Shown here in pieces: positions 55,701 to 64,000 of a stretch of 64,000 bases of DNA. The DNA lies in the NCBI GenBank assembly GCA_033764015.1, contig JANRJK010000043.1, positions 20,402 to 84,401 on the forward strand, written 5' to 3'. A program made the position numbers and the translations under genes. Origin of the DNA: Candidatus Sumerlaeia bacterium. Lineage in GTDB: Bacteria > Sumerlaeota > Sumerlaeia > SLMS01 > JANRJK01. Each line of letters begins with the position of its first letter. Within the stretch, counting starts at the first letter, position 1. The notes under the pieces are model-generated. The model saw only the letters and a list, made by a program, of their open reading frames with translations, did no database searches and had not been told where the DNA came from.

Positions 55701-56803
55701 CGGCTCGCGGCGCTCTCGCCCTCGACGATCGACTCCATGCGGCGCACGCCTTCGAGCCCGACGATCGCGTGGACCACTTCGTCCGAATCCGCCGGATCGA
55801 ACCAGAAGCCCACGCCCGCGAGCGTCTCGAACGCGAGGCGTGCCTCGCGGCGCGCCAGGCGGAGCACCTCCGTGGCGGAGCCGAGGAAGTGGTCCGCGAT
55901 CACGTCTCCCGCGGCGAAGACCTTTTCGCGCTTCGCCTCCCACTCCTCGCCTTCCAGGGCGTCCACCGCGCCCTGCAGCTCCGCGAGCCGCGCCCGCTCC
56001 TCCGCGGTGCCGCGGTGGGCGATCACGCTGACCAGCAGGTTGTTGCTGCGGCGGTGCAGGTCGAACTCGAAGTCCGTCAGATCGTCGACAATCTGGAACG
56101 CGGTGCCGAGACGCTCGATGCCGTCGCGCGCGGCGTCCCAGCGCGCCGTGTCGGCCTCCGCGCGGCCGGGGAAGCTGAACGCCAGCGCGAACAGGTTGCC
56201 GCCGCGGACGCGGTGCACGGCGTCGATCATCGCCTCCACGTCGTACACGCTCTCGACGCCGGACTCCTCGCTTCCTTCGAGCGTTCCGATCGAGGTGAGC
56301 AGCGTGAAGAAATCTCGGTTCCCCTCCTCGAACTCCGCCCGAGCGATTCGCCCCGCCGCGATTTCGCCTTCGCCCAGGTGGCGGATCAGGCGCTCGAAGG
56401 ACATGAGCTGCACGATGGAGGCGAACTTCCGCCCGGCGCCGAGCTTGAGCGGGATCAGCTCCTTGAACTCGTCGTCGAACAGGTTGTCGGCCGCGGTGAT
56501 GAGGCCCTTGATGCAAATGTTGAGGCGCGTGTAGAAGTCCAGCCGAGGGCCGGCGCCGAGCGTGTCGAACAGGCTGCGGAAGAGCAGCAGGAAGAAGTGG
56601 TCCTGCACGAAGAAGAGGTCGTCCGCGGGCAGCGCCGGGTCCGCGTGGAGGTATCGCCGGTCGATGACCTGCGGCAGCATCGCGTGCAGGTCGCGCAGCG
56701 CCTGGCGCTGCGCCTGCGCGTGCGGCGCGAGGCGCTCGATGACGCCGCGCTCGCGGAGGAATTGCGCCGAGCTCTCGGAGCGGAAGACGGGTGCCAGCGT
56801 CAT
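55697..56803 (-). CDS. Class 1 isoprenoid synthase-fold protein
   Basis: ATG at 56803; Asp-rich motifs ADNLFDDE and LGTAFQIVDDLTD; all-helical composition. Confidence 0.7.
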   Translation of the reverse strand: MTLAPVFRSESSAQFLRERGVIERLAPHAQAQRQALRDLHAMLPQVIDRRYLHADPALPADDLFFVQDHFFLLLFRSLFDTLGAGPRLDFYTRLNICIKGLITAADNLFDDEFKELIPLKLGAGRKFASIVQLMSFERLIRHLGEGEIAAGRIARAEFEEGNRDFFTLLTSIGTLEGSEESGVESVYDVEAMIDAVHRVRGGNLFALAFSFPGRAEADTARWDAARDGIERLGTAFQIVDDLTDFEFDLHRRSNNLLVSVIAHRGTAEERARLAELQGAVDALEGEEWEAKREKVFAAGDVIADHFLGSATEVLRLARREARLAFETLAGVGFWFDPADSDEVVHAIVGLEGVRRMESIVEGESAASR

Positions 56804-56995
56804 GGATGCCTCGTGCCTGCGGGTTGCGGTTCGGTCGAGCCGCGTCCATTGCGGGGCGCGGATTTTTCCGTGGCAAGCGATAGCGTGCCCCGCGCCCGCG
56901 CCCGCGAAACGGTTTAGCCTCACTTGCGGTTTCGGCTCGCGGACGCCGAGGCCGCGCGCAATCCTCGCGTTCGACCGCATTGAAAGGCCCTCCCG

Positions 56996-58207
56996 ATGAT
57001 CCGCTCCGCTTCCGGCTGGAACCGCCTAATTCGCGGAGCCCTCTCCGCACTGGCGTTCCTGCCGCTCCTTCTTGCCGGCTGCGCCCGGAACGATGCGCAG
57101 TACGCCTTCGCCCCCAACCCCGACGCCGCTGCCAACGGCTTCGCCCCGGGGTTGTACACCGAACTCGACGACGCGCTGGCGAAGGCCGTCTGGGAAGGAG
57201 TCGTTCCCGGCGCCAGCCTCACGGTCCGCCGCGACGGCCAGCTCATTTACGAGCGCGCAGCCGGGGTGGAAGTGCCGGGCACGCGCCAGCCCGTGAAGCG
57301 GAGCACCTACTTCGATGTGGCGTCGCTGACGAAGCCCGTCGCCGGCGTCCCCGCCGCACTGCTCCTCGCGCGCAACTGGCCGGAACTCCGCGATGGATCC
57401 CCGAGCGTCGAGCAGATCCTGACACACCGCGCCGGATACGCAGCCAACGTGGACATCAACCAGATCCGCGGCGAGGGCCTCGCCGGATTCCTCGACCGCC
57501 AGCGCCCCGTCGCCATGCCCGGCGGCTTCGACCTCTACAGCAACACCGGCTACATGGTGCTCTCCTGGCAGGTCGCGAAGCTGCTCGGGAACGAAACCGG
57601 CATCGAGAACGAAATCCGCCGCTACTACTGGGACCCCGTCGGAGAGACCGCCTTCACTTGGAAGCCAAACGGCCTGCGGGTCGCCGCGAGCGGGCGCGAC
57701 GCCGACGGAAAGTGGGTCCGCGGGACCCCCTACGATCCGGTCGCCGCGCTCTGGATCATCCGCCCGCAGATCCCCAGCTTCCCGCCGCTCCACTCGGGCC
57801 TCTTCGCCACCTCCGGCGATGTCGCCCTATTCGTCGACGGGTTGATGAAGCCGGGCGTCCAGGACTCGGGAAACCTCGCGTTCCTCCGCGACGTGTTGCT
57901 GGGCGCCCCGAGCCCGAAGGCCGCCATCGACGAGGCGGGACGCACGATCTACCGCACGCCGGGCGGTCTGGAGTCCGCGATGTCCCCGCCCTGGGGCGAC
58001 GGCGTCTCGCCGCCGGGACGCTTCCTGTTCCAGACCGGCTACACCGGCTGCCTCCTCTGGGTGGACAAGGGCACTCGGACCACCGTGGTCCTCCTCACGA
58101 ACGCCTCCGCGGTTGAAGAGACCCGCGAGCGCTGGACCGAGCTGGCGGACCGCGTCGTCCGGGCGGTGATGGTGAACACGGCGGAGGGCTGGAGCCCCCG
58201 CAACTAA
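56996..58207 (+). CDS. Serine hydrolase (beta-lactamase class C-like) lipoprotein
   Basis: Lipobox LAGC; FDVASLTK (SxxK), ILTHRAG, YSN, HSGLF and QTGYTG motifs. Confidence 0.88.
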   Translation: MIRSASGWNRLIRGALSALAFLPLLLAGCARNDAQYAFAPNPDAAANGFAPGLYTELDDALAKAVWEGVVPGASLTVRRDGQLIYERAAGVEVPGTRQPVKRSTYFDVASLTKPVAGVPAALLLARNWPELRDGSPSVEQILTHRAGYAANVDINQIRGEGLAGFLDRQRPVAMPGGFDLYSNTGYMVLSWQVAKLLGNETGIENEIRRYYWDPVGETAFTWKPNGLRVAASGRDADGKWVRGTPYDPVAALWIIRPQIPSFPPLHSGLFATSGDVALFVDGLMKPGVQDSGNLAFLRDVLLGAPSPKAAIDEAGRTIYRTPGGLESAMSPPWGDGVSPPGRFLFQTGYTGCLLWVDKGTRTTVVLLTNASAVEETRERWTELADRVVRAVMVNTAEGWSPRN

Positions 58208-58244
58208 CGCACAGCCGCTTTCCGCGGCGGGAGTCGCCACGACC

Positions 58245-60125
58245 ATGGGAAACCGAATCGCCAAGCTGGCCGCCGGCATCGCCGCCCCGCTGCTTCTGGC
58301 AAGCTGCGCCACCACGGGCGGCAAGACCACCGCCCCCGGAGGTGCCGCCGTGGAAGAGGACTTCACCCCCGCGTGGGCGAAGGAAGCGATCTGGTACCAG
58401 ATTTTCCCCGAGCGCTTCCGCAACGGCTCGCCGGCCAACGATCCGCGCCCCGAGGACATCGCCGGCGCGTGGCCCAGCGCCCCGGACCAGCCGTGGCAGG
58501 TGTCCCCGTGGGGCTCCGACTGGTATAAGCTCCAGCCGTGGGAGGAGGCGAACGGCCGCGGCGTCTTCTGGAACATCCCCCGCCGCCGCTACGGCGGAGA
58601 CCTCCTCGGCGTCGCCCAGCAGCTCGACTACCTCCAGGAACTCGGCGTCACGGCGGTCTACTTCAACCCGCTTTTCATGGCGCCCTCGCACCACAAGTAC
58701 GACGGCATCACGTACCACCACATCGACCCGACCTTCGGCCCCGACCCGGAGGGCGACCGTGCGCTGATCGCCACCGAGGACCCGGGCGACCCATCGACCT
58801 GGTTGTGGACCGCCGCCGACCGGCAGTTCCTTGATTTGATCAAAGAAATGCGCCGCCGCGGCATCCGCGTCATCATCGACGGCGTCTTCAACCACATGGG
58901 GAAGGAGAGCTGGCCCTTCCAAGACGTGAAGCGCAACCAGCGCGCGTCGCGCTACGCCGACTGGTTCACCGTCAACTCCTGGGACCACGAGGAGGCCGGG
59001 ACCAAGTTCGACTACGAGGGCTGGTTCGGCGTGAAGGACCTGCCGGAGTTGCGCGAGGACGAGAACGGCATCGTCGCCGGTCCGCGCGAGTACATCTTCG
59101 CGGCCACGCGCCGCTGGATGGACCCGGACGGCGACGGCGACCCCTCCGACGGCATCGACGGGTGGCGCCTCGACGTCGCCTTCTGCGTCGCGCACCCGTT
59201 CTGGAAGGACTGGCGCAAGGTGGTGAAGGGCGTGAACCCGCAAGCCTACATCACCGCAGAGGTGATCGACTCGAACGCCGCGCTGCAGCCCTACCTGCAG
59301 GGCGACGAGTTCGACGCGGTGATGAACTACAACTTCGCGTTCACCCTCGCGGAATTCTTCGTCGAAACCAAGACGCGCATCACGGCGAAGCAGTTCGACG
59401 CGAAGCTCCTCGAACTCCGCGAGGCGTTCCCCGCCGGGGTCACCTACGTCCAGCAGAACCTCTTCGGCAGCCACGACACGATCCGCATCGGGTCCGCCAT
59501 CGTGAACCGCGATCTCGGCTCGTACCGCGACTGGGGGGGCCACTTCGGCGCCAGCAAGGCCGAGACCGGCAACGTCGACACCCGCCGCCCGACCGAGGAC
59601 GAGTACCGGATCCAGAAGCTGATCGCGATCATGCAATTCACCTACGTCGGCGCGCCGATGATCTACTACGGCGACGAAGTAGGCATGTGGGGGGCGAACG
59701 ACCCCTGCGACCGCAAACCCATGGTCTGGGGCGATCTCCCCTACGAACCCGAGGCGACCAACCCCGACGGCTCCCCCCGCGTCCCCGCCGACCCGGTCGG
59801 CATCCACCGCGGGATGCTGGAGCATTACAAGGCCCTCGCCCGGATCCGCAATGGATCGCGGGCGCTGCGGCTCGGCGACTTCCAGACGGTCCTCGTCGAC
59901 GACCACCACAGCGGCTACGCGTTCTCGCGCTCCATCGACGGCGAGACAGCAATCGTCGCGATCAACAACTCCGCAGAGGCGCGCACCATGCGCCTGCCGC
60001 TTCTGGCCGCCGAATCGGGCCGCTACCGCGACGCGCTCGGCAACTCCGAGGTGCTCTCGCAGCGCGGGGAGATGATCGAGGTGCGGGTGCCGGCCTACTG
60101 GGGGGCGGTGCTGCTGCGGGAGTAG
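58245..60125 (+). CDS. GH13 alpha-amylase/neopullulanase-like lipoprotein
   Basis: Lipobox LASC; YQIFPERFRNG, GGDL.G, HKYD, DGVFNH, catalytic DGWRLDVA / AEV / SHD, and IYYGDE motifs. Confidence 0.95.
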   Translation: MGNRIAKLAAGIAAPLLLASCATTGGKTTAPGGAAVEEDFTPAWAKEAIWYQIFPERFRNGSPANDPRPEDIAGAWPSAPDQPWQVSPWGSDWYKLQPWEEANGRGVFWNIPRRRYGGDLLGVAQQLDYLQELGVTAVYFNPLFMAPSHHKYDGITYHHIDPTFGPDPEGDRALIATEDPGDPSTWLWTAADRQFLDLIKEMRRRGIRVIIDGVFNHMGKESWPFQDVKRNQRASRYADWFTVNSWDHEEAGTKFDYEGWFGVKDLPELREDENGIVAGPREYIFAATRRWMDPDGDGDPSDGIDGWRLDVAFCVAHPFWKDWRKVVKGVNPQAYITAEVIDSNAALQPYLQGDEFDAVMNYNFAFTLAEFFVETKTRITAKQFDAKLLELREAFPAGVTYVQQNLFGSHDTIRIGSAIVNRDLGSYRDWGGHFGASKAETGNVDTRRPTEDEYRIQKLIAIMQFTYVGAPMIYYGDEVGMWGANDPCDRKPMVWGDLPYEPEATNPDGSPRVPADPVGIHRGMLEHYKALARIRNGSRALRLGDFQTVLVDDHHSGYAFSRSIDGETAIVAINNSAEARTMRLPLLAAESGRYRDALGNSEVLSQRGEMIEVRVPAYWGAVLLRE

Positions 60126-60830
60126 CTACTCGATAGCGCGCAGCAGCCCTGCGAGCGGCAGCTCGACCTCCGGTAGCCTCTCCGGCTTGGCGGTGTCTTC
60201 CGGTCCTAGGACCACTTCGAGCGCGTAACGCGACTCGCCAGCCACCGGCTGCCGGTAGGCGTGGAGCCGCCGCCCCAGGACATCGACCAGCCAAACCTCG
60301 GGCACGCCGCTGCGGGCGTAGAGCGGCAGCTTCGCGTGGCGGTCCTTCTCGTGAGAGGTGACCATCACCTCGACGAGGAGAAGCGCGCGCGAGACCGGCG
60401 GATTGCCGCCGATCTCCTCCAGCGATCCTCGATACACCCCAAGATCGGGTTCAGGCATCGAGTCGCCTTCAACTAAACAGGGAAGCTGGGCCACGACGGC
60501 GAAGTGGTCGGGGTCCAAGTTGCGATTGAAAATCCGTGTCAGAACCGACACCAGGAATGTATGGCCATCTGAACTTGGTGACACTTCAACAATCCTCCCT
60601 TCGATCAACTCCACCGGATCCCTAGCCAGCAGCACCTCCGCCTCCACGAGGCCGAGGTACTCATCCACAGTGAAGCGGTGCTCGTCGCCGCCCGAATCGA
60701 GGATCGCGCCGCCGCGCCAGTGGCTGTCCGGAGCGATGCCGTGCTCGCGCATACGCTGGTGGTCCGCAGGCGAGAACCACCGGAGATTCATCCCGGGAAC
60801 GGCGGGGGAGTCGGTCGTGTCTTGCTGCAT
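60126..60830 (-). CDS. Uma2-family (PD-(D/E)xK-like) endonuclease with N-terminal extension
   Basis: HRFTVDEY, VELIEGRI, PEPDL, LLVEV and DR..KLPLYARSGVPEVWLVD motifs. Confidence 0.9.
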   Translation of the reverse strand: MQQDTTDSPAVPGMNLRWFSPADHQRMREHGIAPDSHWRGGAILDSGGDEHRFTVDEYLGLVEAEVLLARDPVELIEGRIVEVSPSSDGHTFLVSVLTRIFNRNLDPDHFAVVAQLPCLVEGDSMPEPDLGVYRGSLEEIGGNPPVSRALLLVEVMVTSHEKDRHAKLPLYARSGVPEVWLVDVLGRRLHAYRQPVAGESRYALEVVLGPEDTAKPERLPEVELPLAGLLRAIE

Positions 60831-60908
60831 GGGATGCTCCTGCTGCGGGGCTAGCGCGATCCGAGCACAGCGGGCGCCCCTCCGTCCAGTTGGAACGGTG
60901 CGGCGGAG

Positions 60909-63470
60909 TTACTCCGCGGGAGGCTCCTCGCCTTTGGCGCGGCGGGCCTGCTTGGGGAGCGGCGGAGCGACGAAGGCCTTCTGGGCCGCGGCCTTCGCGC
61001 GGCGCATGATCTCCGCCTCGTCGTCGGGACCGGGGAGCGGCTCCTCGTCGAGCGGCGCGGCGGCGTAGGTCGGCTCCGGCGGCGGGGGAGCGGTGCGGGG
61101 CGACTCGACCGGGGGGGAGCCCGCGGCGGCTGGGGCGGCGCCTTGCATCGCGTCGTCATAGTCGTAGAGCGACGGCACTTGGCTCGGCGCGGCGGCGGGT
61201 TCGGAGAACTGGGGCACCGGCGGCGGCGGGGTGAACGGCGAGGCCGGCTTGCCGGCCGCGGCGGCGGGCGGACGCTTCGCGACGTTTCCGAAGGGGCTCC
61301 ACACCGGCTTCGGGGCGGAGGTCTTCGGCGGCGCGCCGGTCGGGGTCCAGCCGCCGCGCACGCGCGGCGCGCTCCGTAGCATTTCCGTCGGCGCCTGCGT
61401 GTCCTGCGAGTGGAGCGAGGGGCGGTGCTGCGTGTCCTCCGCGCCCGCGGGGTGCGGATCCGGGTCGGCTGGTTCATCGACGAGGATCGCCTCCAACTCG
61501 TCCGCGTCGAAGGGCTCGCTCGCTTCGGTGGATTGGACAATCGGCGGGTCGGTCTCGGCCGGCGGCGCGACACCCTTGGGGAGGGGGACCTCGCCGCTGT
61601 TGCGCAGCGCCTCGGCGGAGACGCCCTGCCTGCGACGGCCCGAGCCCTCCTCCTCGCCGCCCGCGGCGATGTAGTTCTGGGCCAGGTGCGCGTACTTCGC
61701 CGTGAAGTCGGAGAGCTTCTCCTCCTCCGCCGCCATGCCCATCTCTTCCTTCGCGCGGATCGCCAGGTCGTGGCGGAACATCGCCGCCTTGATCGACTTC
61801 AGGTCCTCCTCCGCCACGATGGACGCGGCGAGATCGACGATGCGGCGCGCCTCCGCCTGGATGCGCTCCGCGCGCGTCCGGCGTTCGAGGAAGCGCATGA
61901 ACTCCTCGTCCTTTTCGATGTCCTTCTGGGCGCTCTCCAGCGCGCGCTGCGACTCGCGCGTGTCCGCCGCGAGGTCGCCGTAACCCTCGATCACCACGCC
62001 GGTAGCGACGCCGGAGGTGAGGTCCTGCGCGGCAACCTCGAGGATTCCGTTCGCGTCGATGTGGAAGCGCACGATGATTTCCGCCAGCTCGCGCGGCATC
62101 GCCGGGATCCCGGTGAGCTTGAACTTCGCGAGCGCGCGGTTCTCCGCGGCGATCTTGCGCTCCCCCTGCAGCACGTGCACCACGACGCTCGTCTGGTTGT
62201 CGATCACGGTGGTGAACTTGCGAGTCTCTTCGCAGGGGATCGTCGAGTTGCGCGGAATGATCGGCTTGAACAGGCCGCCGGCGACCTCGAGGCCGAGACT
62301 CAGCGGCGTCACGTCGATCAGGAGCACTTCCTGGAGCGCGCCGCTCAGGACGCTGCCCTGGATCGCCGCGCCGAGGGCGACCGCCTCGTCCGGGTTCACC
62401 GAGTGGCTCGGCTCGCGCTTGAAGAACTGCTTCACCATCTCGCGGACGCGGGGCATCCGCGTCGAGCCGCCGACCAGGAGCACGTTGTTGATCCGGTCGA
62501 CGGTGAGGCCGGCGTCGGCCACCACCTGCGCGCAGGGCGGGATCAGGCGGTCGAGGATCGGCTGGACCATCGCGACATAGTCGGCGCGCTTCAGCGTCCG
62601 GGCGTAGTGCTTCGGTCCCGACTTGTCGGCGACGATGAACGGCAGCGAGATCTCCGTGGCGGTCGCGCTGGAAAGTTCCTTCTTGGCGTTCTCCGCCGCC
62701 TCCCGGATGCGCGCCGCCGCCTGCACGTCCTGCGTCGGATCGATGCCGGTCTGCTGCAGCACCTCGTCGCAGATCTCCTGGAAGAGGCGCTGGTCGAGGT
62801 CGTCGCCGCCCAGCATGGTGTCGCCGCTGGTGGCGAGCACCTCGAAGATGTCGTTCTGGAGCTGGAGGATCGAGATGTCGAATGTGCCGCCGCCGAAGTC
62901 GAACACGGCGATGGTCTCGTTGTACTCGCGCCCCGCGCCGTAGGCGAGCGCCGCCGCCGTGGGCTCGTTCAGGAGCCGGCGCACCTCGAGGCCCGCCATC
63001 TCCGCCGCGTACTTCGTCGCGGTCCGCTGCGAGTCGTTGAAGTAGGCGGGCACCGTGATGACCGCCTCGGTGACCGATTCGCCGAGGAAATCCTCCGCGG
63101 CCTCCTTGATGCGCGCCAGCACGTCCGCGCTGACCTGCTCCGGCGGGAGCACCTGGCCGTCCGAGAGCTTGATCTCCGCGCGGTCCTCGGGCCCCCGCAC
63201 CACCTCGAAGGGGAAGTCCTCCAGCCGGTCGGAGACCTCGCTGAAGCGGTGCCCGATGACACGCTTCACCGATCGCACGCCGAGGCCCGGGTTGATCAGG
63301 AGCTGCCGCTTCGCCAAGTCGCCGACGATCTTGCCATCCGGCGAATAGAACACCACCGAGGGCGTCAGCTTCGAGCCTTCGGGATTCGAGATAGTGTCGG
63401 CGCGGTCCGCCTCGTAGATCGCCACGACCGAGTTGGTCGTGCCGAGGTCGATACCGATCATCCGGCCCAT
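60909..63470 (-). CDS. DnaK/Hsp70-family chaperone paralogue with long Pro/Ala-rich C-terminal tail
   Basis: IGIDLGTTNS, TVPAYFND, NEPTAAALAYG, DFGGGTFD, LVGGSTRMP, NPDEAVALGAA and DVTPLSLG motifs. Confidence 0.95.
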   Translation of the reverse strand: MGRMIGIDLGTTNSVVAIYEADRADTISNPEGSKLTPSVVFYSPDGKIVGDLAKRQLLINPGLGVRSVKRVIGHRFSEVSDRLEDFPFEVVRGPEDRAEIKLSDGQVLPPEQVSADVLARIKEAAEDFLGESVTEAVITVPAYFNDSQRTATKYAAEMAGLEVRRLLNEPTAAALAYGAGREYNETIAVFDFGGGTFDISILQLQNDIFEVLATSGDTMLGGDDLDQRLFQEICDEVLQQTGIDPTQDVQAAARIREAAENAKKELSSATATEISLPFIVADKSGPKHYARTLKRADYVAMVQPILDRLIPPCAQVVADAGLTVDRINNVLLVGGSTRMPRVREMVKQFFKREPSHSVNPDEAVALGAAIQGSVLSGALQEVLLIDVTPLSLGLEVAGGLFKPIIPRNSTIPCEETRKFTTVIDNQTSVVVHVLQGERKIAAENRALAKFKLTGIPAMPRELAEIIVRFHIDANGILEVAAQDLTSGVATGVVIEGYGDLAADTRESQRALESAQKDIEKDEEFMRFLERRTRAERIQAEARRIVDLAASIVAEEDLKSIKAAMFRHDLAIRAKEEMGMAAEEEKLSDFTAKYAHLAQNYIAAGGEEEGSGRRRQGVSAEALRNSGEVPLPKGVAPPAETDPPIVQSTEASEPFDADELEAILVDEPADPDPHPAGAEDTQHRPSLHSQDTQAPTEMLRSAPRVRGGWTPTGAPPKTSAPKPVWSPFGNVAKRPPAAAAGKPASPFTPPPPVPQFSEPAAAPSQVPSLYDYDDAMQGAAPAAAGSPPVESPRTAPPPPEPTYAAAPLDEEPLPGPDDEAEIMRRAKAAAQKAFVAPPLPKQARRAKGEEPPAE

Positions 63471-63478
63471 GGCGCGGG

Positions 63479-64000
63479 TCAGCCCTTCTTGCCGAAAAGG
63501 CTGGGCATGTGCTTTTCGAGGAAGCCCACCTTGCGGTTCGCCTCGATGACGAACTTAAGCTTGTTCTTCGCCTTGGTGTTGTCGGGGTCCCACTTCAGGA
63601 CATCCTCGTACACCTGCTGGGCCTTCGTCGGAACGCCCGCGTTCTCGTAAATCTCGCCGAGCGTGAGCTTGAATTCGAGGTTGTAGACGTCCATCTCGCA
63701 GGCCTTCAGCGCGGCGTCGACGGCCTTCGTGAAGCCGCCCTTCGCGCGCGACAGGCAGATGGCGTACTTGTGGTGGTAGTGCGGCTCGTTCACCGGGTCG
63801 TTCTGGATCGCCGCCTCGAAGAATGGGCGCGCCTTGTCGAACTCGCCCTCCTTGAAGAACTGCATCCCGCGCACGAAGGCCCGCTGCGCGAGCGCCGTCT
63901 TCTGTGCGGAGGCGTCCGGGGAGCTGGATTGCTGCGGGGGGGCGGCTGCCGCGGCTGCGGGTGCCGCGGCACCAGCCGGCGCGGCTCCGGCCGCGGGCGG
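63479..64000 (-). CDS. TPR-repeat protein, C-terminal part (continues beyond window)
   Basis: Frame is open to the window end; Ala/Pro linker then TPR-like units (FDKARPFFEAAIQNDP; LGEIYENAG..KAQQVYEDVLKWDPDN). Confidence 0.8.
   Translation of the reverse strand, partial: PPAAGAAPAGAAAPAAAAAAPPQQSSSPDASAQKTALAQRAFVRGMQFFKEGEFDKARPFFEAAIQNDPVNEPHYHHKYAICLSRAKGGFTKAVDAALKACEMDVYNLEFKLTLGEIYENAGVPTKAQQVYEDVLKWDPDNTKAKNKLKFVIEANRKVGFLEKHMPSLFGKKG

Noticed and set aside
1..64000. CRISPR array, rRNA or prophage
   Set aside because: No regularly spaced direct repeats, rRNA-like sequence or phage structural genes were seen.

Overview
GC-rich (roughly 70%) bacterial chromosome segment, densely coding, with mostly housekeeping and envelope genes. 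These include sucA (partial), fabH, pstSCAB, a DUF2298/TIGR03663/GT4 membrane glycosylation cluster, thyX, polA, a CNT nucleoside transporter, ltaE, a GspE/PilB ATPase, mlaE, sucC, ubiE/menG, zapA with an elongated ZapB-like partner, a TolC-family lipoprotein, a GH13 amylase, a Uma2 nuclease, a DnaK paralogue and a partial TPR protein. There is one tRNA-Cys and one IS5-family element beside a pair of RlaP/YcgL-like nucleotidyltransferases. Gene content and a C-terminal WxLY tail on a secreted protein suggest Candidatus Sumerlaeota (BRC1); this is an inference from recollection, not a database result. The most unusual observations are: (1) a complete tRNA-Cys nested in frame and on the same strand in the first ~43 codons of a 1500-aa PorU/gingipain-like C25 peptidase, with a leader sequence able to pair with the tRNA acceptor stem; (2) a PurE-linker-TsaC/Sua5 fusion; (3) a possible lineage-specific C-terminal sorting signal with the C25 protein as candidate sortase; (4) several intact ORFs that have lost their catalytic residues (arginase fold, PHP/CehA fold, GH10-like); (5) sharp low-GC patches inside GC-rich genes. 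All family assignments come from reading motifs by eye; no searches were run.
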